A stretch of 57,230 nucleotides of DNA, the filler included, from Sphacelaria rigidula (Eukaryota): assembly GCA_964200075.2 (NCBI GenBank). It is 5 parts of 5 records of this genome, joined end to end, with 100 filler letters (N's around TTAATTAATTAA, not from the genome) between each part and the next. Parts side by side here need not be neighbours in the genome. Positions count along the whole stretch, not along the records: positions 45,866 to 57,230 come from CAXNAA020005019.1; 4 more parts are not named here. One strand, given 5' to 3'. Shown here one piece after another: positions 49,701 to 57,230 of the stretch (positions within the stretch are counted from its first letter, which is position 1; every line of letters begins with the position of its first letter). The position numbers and the translations under genes are program-made. Under the pieces are notes generated by a model. The model saw only the letters and a program-made list of their open reading frames with translations, was not told where the DNA came from and did not search any database.

Positions 49701-52700
49701 TGCATGATATAAGCATTCATGTTTCTCGCCTGCTATTCATTCTGCCATGAATCAAGCTTACATACTTCCCACTTGTTATATGGTTTGAGTCAGACGTACG
49801 TACTTCCAACCTGTGATCAATACAACATGAATCGAGCACGCATATTTCCCAACCGTGATTGTTACATCATGGATCAAACATATTTTCTCCCCGTATGTGT
49901 ACGGGATGAGTCAAACTGATATTTTTTTCCACCAGTGATTCGTGCAGCATCAATTAAGCGTGCCTTTTCCTGCATTCGTTGTTCGTGCTTGCACCACTGG
50001 AGGCGTCCATTAACCACCTTGTCATCCGTGCTGTACGACATATTCCGCATTCTCATTCGAACGTGATGGCAATGCGGCGCACAATACCCATTTAACATTC
50101 GCAAGATGTCAACTCCTACTCATATTGATTATGAGTCGCCGTGCGTGTTCGTAGTTGAATTGAAGACTTCGTTTCAAGGGAACGCCGGGTAGGACACACC
50201 TGATAATTTGATATTTTGATATGAGATCCGACCCATGCACACAGCGCTATCCAGCGCAGTGCTGTTGTTGACCTCTCTAAAGCCCATAAAAGTCATGATG
50301 ACTAGCTGCGCCTTATCAAAATACCACAGTATCGGGTATACCCCACGCAACTTGCCCTTGCTTCGTTCAATTGCAAATAAATATTGCTAGAAGGAAAAAA
50401 AACAGTTTCGTTAGAGATGTTCGGCTGTCCGCGGGGAATGATTGCCATTTCTAGCAGTAAAACTCTTGTACAAATCTTGTGCAAATATCGAATCTCGGGC
50501 CGAAAAATGTGTCTTGGGAGCACACACCAACACCCGCGCTGTGTTCGTGCAAAATGCGTCTTTTTCGTCGCGGGTGAGTTTGCCTGTACGGTCTGTTATC
50601 TTGTGTGCGCGACGAAGACTCGAGAGATCCGCTCCAGTTCGCGTAGGTCCAACCTGTTTAGACAGTGTAATCGCACACCCTGCCCACGGCCACTGTGCTT
50701 TTTGGGCTGAGGGGTTCTTGGAGCAGCCCTCTTTTAGTACGACGAGCGCACTGTATGAGGCAGCTCCCTCGCTGGTGGTTGGGGGGTGTCGAGCTCGGGG
50801 TATTGGATACAGAGCTGCCCCTCTCTCGTCCACGGACGTTTCGAATCGGCACCCGCCTGCTCGAAAATTGGCCTACTTGCTGAAGGAACTCATTGGCTTC
50901 AGCACTTCCACAATGGTTGGTATGTACACAAACATTTGCACAGGAAGCTCGCCTGCTAGAAATGGCACTAGCCTGACGAAGGAAAGGGGAGAGTGGAGGG
51001 GGGACGAAGGGGTCAACCTACACCCTTCGGGGGCGATGGGTAGCGAAGCTGTATTGCTATATTCGGAGTAAGTACGCATATGTGGTACACAAGCGTATCA
51101 ACCCTTCCGGGCGTGTCCGGGTGTGCCCAAGCACCAACATGTAGCTACTACAAAAGTAATAGCGGCGCATGAAATAACATTTTTAACGAATTCGCCTTCT
51201 TGTTTTTTTTTTAACTCTTCGTCGTTTCGACAATTCAAATCACGGACGAGACACACAGGGAATTGGAAAAGCCATCGTGGAGGAGATGGCATCGTTAGGT
51301 GCGTGGGTGTTGACCTGCTCGCGGGACGATAAGGACATGGCTGTCTGCATTCAGGTATTTTGTACTGGGCACAAGCCTCCATGAGCAGAGAATGACCACC
51401 TGTTTTCTTGTAATCCTTCAAGGGCAGGTCCAGTAGAGTATCTACTTTTGAGTACTCGAGTAAAATGCCCGAGTATTTAATCTACTCAAATTTTGAGTAG
51501 GTCGAGGACGGCCTCAAGTACTGTACTCAAATTTTGGGTAGATTGAGTATGGCCTCAAATCCTCTACTCACATTTTCAGTAGATCGAGTACGACCTCCAA
51601 TACTCTACTCAAATCTTGAGTAAGCACTTTCAGTAATACTCGAGTATAGAGTATCACTTGGGTATAGTCTCAATACTCTACTCAAATTTTGAGTAGATTG
51701 AGTATAACCTCAAATACTCTACTCAAATTTTGGGTAGATTGAGTACGACCTCAAATACTCTACTCTAAATTTTGAGTACTCAAGGTATGACTCTTCGAAA
51801 ATACTGAGTATTGAGTACACTCCACTCGACCTGCCCTTCTAATCATTTCGCTTGGAATATGATCGCTCACAAGCGATGGAGCGGTGAGTATTTCAGGAAA
51901 AATCGAGAGGAGTTTTGTCCCGTAGCCCGACGAGTGGTGAGATTTGCACTCGGGGGTATACAATACTTGTGAACCTTAGTGAAAATAATGGAGGTACGTC
52001 TTCTTTGACCCGCTGTACCTATGTGAGGGCCTTTTGTCGAAATGTGTCCCTCGCGTACTCAAGTGTTTCCGATGTTTTGAATATCACCATCCCCTTGCAT
52101 GGCTACGGTGTTCCATAGGAAAGATCAGACATGGAGCGTGTACTAGAGATGTGATCAGGCTGAGACTACTAAAACTTACCATATCGCGCAGGATGCGTTG
52201 ATTGTTGCCCAATCGACCTCCTGACCCAGGGAAGAATGTCGGTGGTCTGATGTGATCTTGCTCCACAGAAATGGAAGGAAGCGGGCCTCAACGTAAACGG
52301 CACGCAAGCTGACGTCACGACCCCCGAGGGACGGGAGAAATTGACAAACATGGTGAGCTACGCTTGGGGCGTGAGCATGGGCCAAGCTAGGGCGTACGTT
52401 GTCACGCTCTACTCTGTAAAAACATTACGGGCGATGCTTCTCCATCGTGTGCTCTCGACATTCACCGTCGCCACTGTGTGTGAGCACGCGCAACGCGCAC
52501 TTGCTGCATAGGCACTAGCTACATTATCGGGTCTGCTACCGCCACATTTAACGGATGGACAGCGTCAGAATATCGTGCGGCTGCTGGTACTATAGACCGC
52601 AGGGTATACCCAAAATTGTTTCAGACTATTCCCCAAACGCGCGATGCCACCGCCCAGAGGCGGAAATACTACTACAACAGCGGAGGTGAAGCAACCTAAG

Positions 52701-55700
52701 CCGCAAGTTATCGCTGGGTTCCGACTCTATTCCAAGGAGGAAGAGCTACTTACGGGGAGGAAGGTCCGTTATTACCTGACCTGACCCCAAAATTAACAGC
52801 ATGGTTTGCGGTGTTCCTCCGACATGACATGAAACCCTTTCCGTCCTGTGTTATCTGATCGCGAGGCCAACACCCTGTTTGGCGGAAAGTTGGATATTCT
52901 TGTGAACAACGTGGGGACCAACATACGGAAATCCACGCTGGTTTACACCCCCGAGGAGTTTGCCAAAGTGATGGACACCAACTTCAAGTCGGTCTTCTTG
53001 CTTACCCAGGTGACAGGGAGAGTGACAGAGTGGGGGAGGAAGTGAGAGGGAGAGTTGGTTTGCGTGTTTGGTGGCACGCATGCGATTGTCCAGCTCTGTG
53101 CTTTGCTGTTGGGTGTAGTCGATCGAACACATGGCGCGAAGTTGGGCTCATAATTTGGGGGTGCCTCGTCGTGAAGACATTTGTATATTGGAATATTGGT
53201 ATAGTCCGAGGAAATGCATCGGTGGTGACGGGAGAGTCGTGGGGGCGAATAATACAACGTTACGATGTTTTTGTGGGGATTAACAGTCTGTACACAGAGC
53301 GCTGATGCGTTGTTTGCAAGTCGGCGAATCCCAACAAAGCGTAAAACGTTGATGATCGTAAACGCACCGCTGTCGCTACCTGGGGAGGGGAGGGTTAACC
53401 AGCATTTTTTTTCAGGTACATCTGCCGACTCGTTGTCCGCATCTTTTGCTGTGGTATATTCAAAATGGAATCGAGGACGCGTCGGGCGTTACCGGGCGGT
53501 GGCAGTGGATCCAGTCAGCATTCAGCGTTGGTTTTACCCTAGCAGGTAGACCACAACACGGTCATGTCGCCACGTCCGGTGGAAATTAAGAAGTGTACCT
53601 TAGGTACAAGATCTCACATGACCGAAATGTATTCGATCTCGATAATACATGCTCGCAACAAATTGGCAGTTGGCGCACCCTCTCCTGAAGGCGGCGGCTG
53701 CGCAGGACGGGGCAAAGGAGTCGGGAGGGTCCTCGATTGTCAATATTTCCAGCGTTGCCGGACTCACCTCCATCAAGTCAGGCGAGAACGATGAGAAATC
53801 ATACACGTCACTAACGCGGCTTTGACGGTAGAGGTACGTATAAATGTACCCGTATCAATTCCACCGGCCACCAAATGTTTGAAGCCATTTCGAACCTTTT
53901 GTGGTTGGCTACATCATCTATAACCACCAAGCGCACAATCATCTACCAGGTCCGTGTGTACCGAGTGCGACTCTTGGCTTGCTGTGTGACTGGACAGGAG
54001 GGTGCTGAAGACTCCTAGGCTGGATGTGATTCCGCCGCAGATGCGGGTTTTGATCAGAGCTAAGCTTTTGCCCTTCGCAGATCTGTCCCCCGTAATCGAC
54101 ACATGTGCACATGCGTAAGGCTACTTTGTCGTGGTGTTGCTCTGACGTATCAGAAAATCAGTCCCCTGCCCCACAACAAACCTCGAGCGGTGAATTGAAA
54201 GCACCGCATGTCTTGTGATGAGAAAAATGGCGTGATCTCTGCCCCTGTCTAAATTCACTCTTTACATGATGCTCTTTTCTCGACAGGGACGCCCTACGCT
54301 GCGAGCAAGGCTGCGATGAATCAGGTTACCCAAAACTGGGGTTGCGAATGGGCGCCTGATGGGATTCGCGTCAACGCCGTCGCTCCGTGGTACACCAAGA
54401 CACCACTCACGGAACCCGTAGCGAACGATAGTGTCAGGCGAGTACGTCCATTCGGACCCTTATTCGTTTCCGCTGTTTGTGTGCTGTATTGTTGTCCGTC
54501 GACAGGTCCAGGTGCCGAGTGTGGGCGGTATGCGTCGGATAGTCATTTCATAGAGTGGTGTACCAATCCGCGAGACCAAAATACTTTCGAGAGGGCCTGT
54601 GTTATAAAAGGAAACGTTCGGTGACACCGAAATGCAAGGCGTGCACCGGGGGAGGGATAATCCCTTGACACCACAGACGCGTCTCGAGGAAGGGTAGGGG
54701 TTAAAAATGTGACAAAAAAACCCTTGCATCATCCCTGCTGCCAGTATGCTGATACAAACAGAATGGTGTTGCCCATAGTTGTTGTCCACGTTGCGTATCT
54801 CTACTGTGCAAGCCGAGTACTAGAGCGAAGCAACTACATAAATTCGGTCATGCAAGTTACGGGGTTTCGTTAGCTCGTGCGAACACGATTCAATCTTACT
54901 ATATGACTACACATTCCATCACCCGTTTGTGCACACAGTTCGTTTTTTCTATTATGTCGACCTCCATGCATCTGCTCATTGCTTGAATCAAACATCGTTG
55001 CCGTCTCACCGTTATTCCTGAAACAATCGTAAGCTCACAGCACCTGGGGAAAGTCCAACGCAGAACGATACACGACGAACGTCAGGGCATTCTTGATCAC
55101 AGCTTCAGGCCGATTCGGTTTCTCTTTTCTTTTGGTGTTGTCAAACTTTGCACTCCGAAAGAAGTGGACACCAGGGTGACAGCACCCAGTTGGGCCGGTC
55201 CTTGGAAAGAACCGGATCCAACCAGATGTAAAGAGGCATGTCTATGTATTCCGTCTCTTGACGGATTGCATCGCATCCTCACCCCTGACTGTGGTACTAG
55301 CCAGTTCCCGCAATCAGCCCTCCGGGCGCGTAGTGTCGTTTTGAATTTACGGCCCATCATCGTACTACCCTCATCCACCACGCCACGCCGCGATCCGTAA
55401 CATATGCTCCCATTGTTTACTCTGAAAATAACGCAGTCTGATACTGTATCTCCCGTGCGTCCTATTGAGGGACACCCGCAATGATGGGCGTAGGTAACGG
55501 CTGCTAGGCTGTTTGGTCGTTTCAGGTTTCGTTGCGTCTCAGCGTCGCTTCTGTGATACCTTGTTGGAAACGCATTACAATTATCTGTTCAATGTACCCC
55601 TCCCTCCTCCAGGGTTGAAGAAATCAAGCAAAGGACGCCGATGGCTCGCTGGGCAGATCCGGAAGAAGTGAGCGGCCTCGTGGCCTTTTTATGCATGAAA

Positions 55701-55772
55701 GGGGCCAGCTACATTACGTCACAGGTTATCGCTGTGGATGGCGGATTCACCGCCAATGGGTGGATGACCTGA
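46747..55772 (+). CDS. Tropinone reductase-like short-chain dehydrogenase/reductase, 278 aa; exons 46747-46836, 51259-51354, 52269-52352, 52866-53009, 53670-53781, 54287-54437, 55613-55772
   Basis: [19 protein letters not shown] (TGxxxGIG), [29 protein letters not shown] (YxxxK), [11 protein letters not shown] and [14 protein letters not shown]. All exon phases are consistent. An alternative in-frame ATG lies at 46720. Confidence 0.95.
48195..48660 (+). repeat. ~140-bp diverged direct repeat (48195-48335 and 48519-48660) in SDR intron 1
   Basis: Both copies begin acggtcaataacac(t/c)ctcctgat and share acaccaacttgggca and gcactttc. Confidence 0.85.
49450..49980. repeat. Degenerate ~42-bp tandem array with palindromic GATTCAT...ATGAATC core
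   Basis: About 10 units, e.g. gtgattcatacggcgtgaatcatacgcacatgttccacacca and gtgatcaatacaacatgaatcgagcacgcatatttcccaacc. Confidence 0.75.
51419..51839. mobile_element. MITE (P/hAT-like, CAAGG end, 8-bp TSD) filled with 41-bp palindromic repeats, in SDR intron 2
   Basis: TIRs aagggcaggtccagtagagt and actccactcgacctgccctt. TSD taatcctt (51411-51418) and taatcatt (51840-51847). Unit is tactctactcaaattttgagtagattgagtataacctcaaa. Confidence 0.88.
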
Positions 55773-57230
55773 ACGATCGTTTGATAGTTGGTGTAACTGC
55801 CTGTTTCACGCATTTGTTGATTTGCTTTTTAGGGCTGATGGGAATTCCGTTTCTTCATGATCATAGCGCAGGTGATGGGAATTCACCACCATTGAGTGGG
55901 TGACCCGAACGTTCGAGGTATAGTTCGTGCGGCGACTACATTCACGCACTTTGTTTAGTTCATTGCCAGGGATATGAAGCAGCTTTTTTCTGTTGTAACT
56001 GTCCGACTCTCGTCTTGTACCAGATATTGTGTCGGCAGTTGCTAGGTAGGTCAAACAGCTTTCACCTCCGTATCTTTTGCATCGGGTACCTCGTTTAAAC
56101 TTGCACCGCATTTAACAGTTGCGTCGTCAGCAACGCTCATTGAAGTGAAGATGGCGTCAAAACCGCGCGTTCATATTCAATCCACCATATCTCGCATAAG
56201 GTTCGAGTCTAGTCGAATGCCATCGATGTTGTTGTCGACTTTTGGCATCGATAGTCCCAGGTGGACGCTGGAATTAGAGGATAGACATTGACATCACGGG
56301 TGGATGTGGTCTCCAAGCGGAGGTTGCATGATGATACAAGACTCCCTCCAAGCCGTTGCCAGCTATTTGCTTCTCACTACATATCGGTTGTTCCTGAGTG
56401 TCAACTTCTCCACTGCAAACTCACTTTTGACAATTTTCTATAATGCGAAACGCTTTGCGCAAACATTTGCTTTCACGGAACCTATCATGCTTCTTCATTG
56501 TCATCTTTTACATGCTCAAGTTAATTAATTTCGTATCCGTACAACTATGATTATAGCGTAGGTACTTCGATGAAAAGAAAATCCTAGCCATGCGTAACAC
56601 ATGTACGTTCCAATTCCAATTTTCAAATTGGTTGTTGTCTCGGGCTATTCCAGATTCGGCATTAGATTTCTGTGACAGAAAACACTCTCGTTTTTTCGGA
56701 ATAATTAAAAAACGAGAATTTTTCCAAAAACGAACGGAACTTTTCCAGAAACTGCTCAAACCATGACCCCATTACATGGAGTACAGGGTACTACACTCAA
56801 CACAAAACAATTCTGCAGTGGTGTATAGAGTACGGAGTACTACACTCATCACAAGAGAACACAGCAGTTCTGCAGCATCACGAGAAATCACGCGCCTTTC
56901 TTATCGAGTATGCAAGGGTGGGAAACAAGTGATACAGAAGCGGTAGAACAGCACGCGAACAGACCAGCGACTTCAAGGAGGGCGGCAATCACGCGCAAGG
57001 GGGTATTGGTATTGCGGCAGGTCGAAACGCGGACGGTGTTCCGCACGAGAAGGAGAAGAAGCAACAGCAGCAGTATCAGCAGCATCTTTACTTCCAGTAG
57101 ATGTACGCGGCTGGGGGTGGATACAGATCAGCCGGTGCCGATTTGTGTGTGTGTCAGCGCTGTCGAGCACGGTGGCTATCACTCGCAAGGTGCGTGGGTG
57201 TTGTCGCACGGTCGGAACGCGGACCGTCTA

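Noticed and set aside
49450..49980. CRISPR array
   Set aside because: The repeats are degenerate, the linkers are mutually homologous, there are no cas genes, and the array lies in a eukaryotic intron.
50442..51071. 209-aa ORF containing RGIG as SDR exon 2
   Set aside because: No suitable acceptor or SDR context. The true exon 2 ([15 protein letters not shown]) is at 51259-51354.

Overview
Eukaryotic, intron-rich, transposon-dense DNA, most consistent with a brown alga or other stramenopile (inference from gene structure, TTAGGG repeats and repeat families). The window is not one locus. It is five unlinked contigs of 11367, 11367, 11366, 11365 and 11365 bp, in descending length order, joined by identical 100-bp N44-TTAATTAATTAA-N44 spacers, so adjacency across spacers means nothing. 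Host genes: (i) a complete 7-exon tropinone-reductase-like SDR gene (+, 46747-55772) whose reading frame needs two consecutive GC-AG introns; (ii) a 5'-truncated 6-exon MYND zinc-finger gene (-, 33057-25938). Mobile DNA: a decayed tyrosine-recombinase (DIRS/Ngaro-type) retrotransposon between 65-bp direct repeats; a decayed Ty1/Copia element plus a second Copia remnant; four copies of a tRNA-derived SINE; a TA-flanked Tc1/mariner-like non-autonomous element; several MITE/foldback elements; and a 3.85-kb TIR element with an 8-bp TSD that carries a SINE and a gag fragment, with its empty site visible elsewhere in the window. The most unusual patterns are: CA-ended, 8-bp-TSD elements and arrays built from palindromic 41-42-bp units; an ATAGACT-ended MITE with a possible intron-containing master gene of unknown family; and the atypical termini of the YR retroelement.
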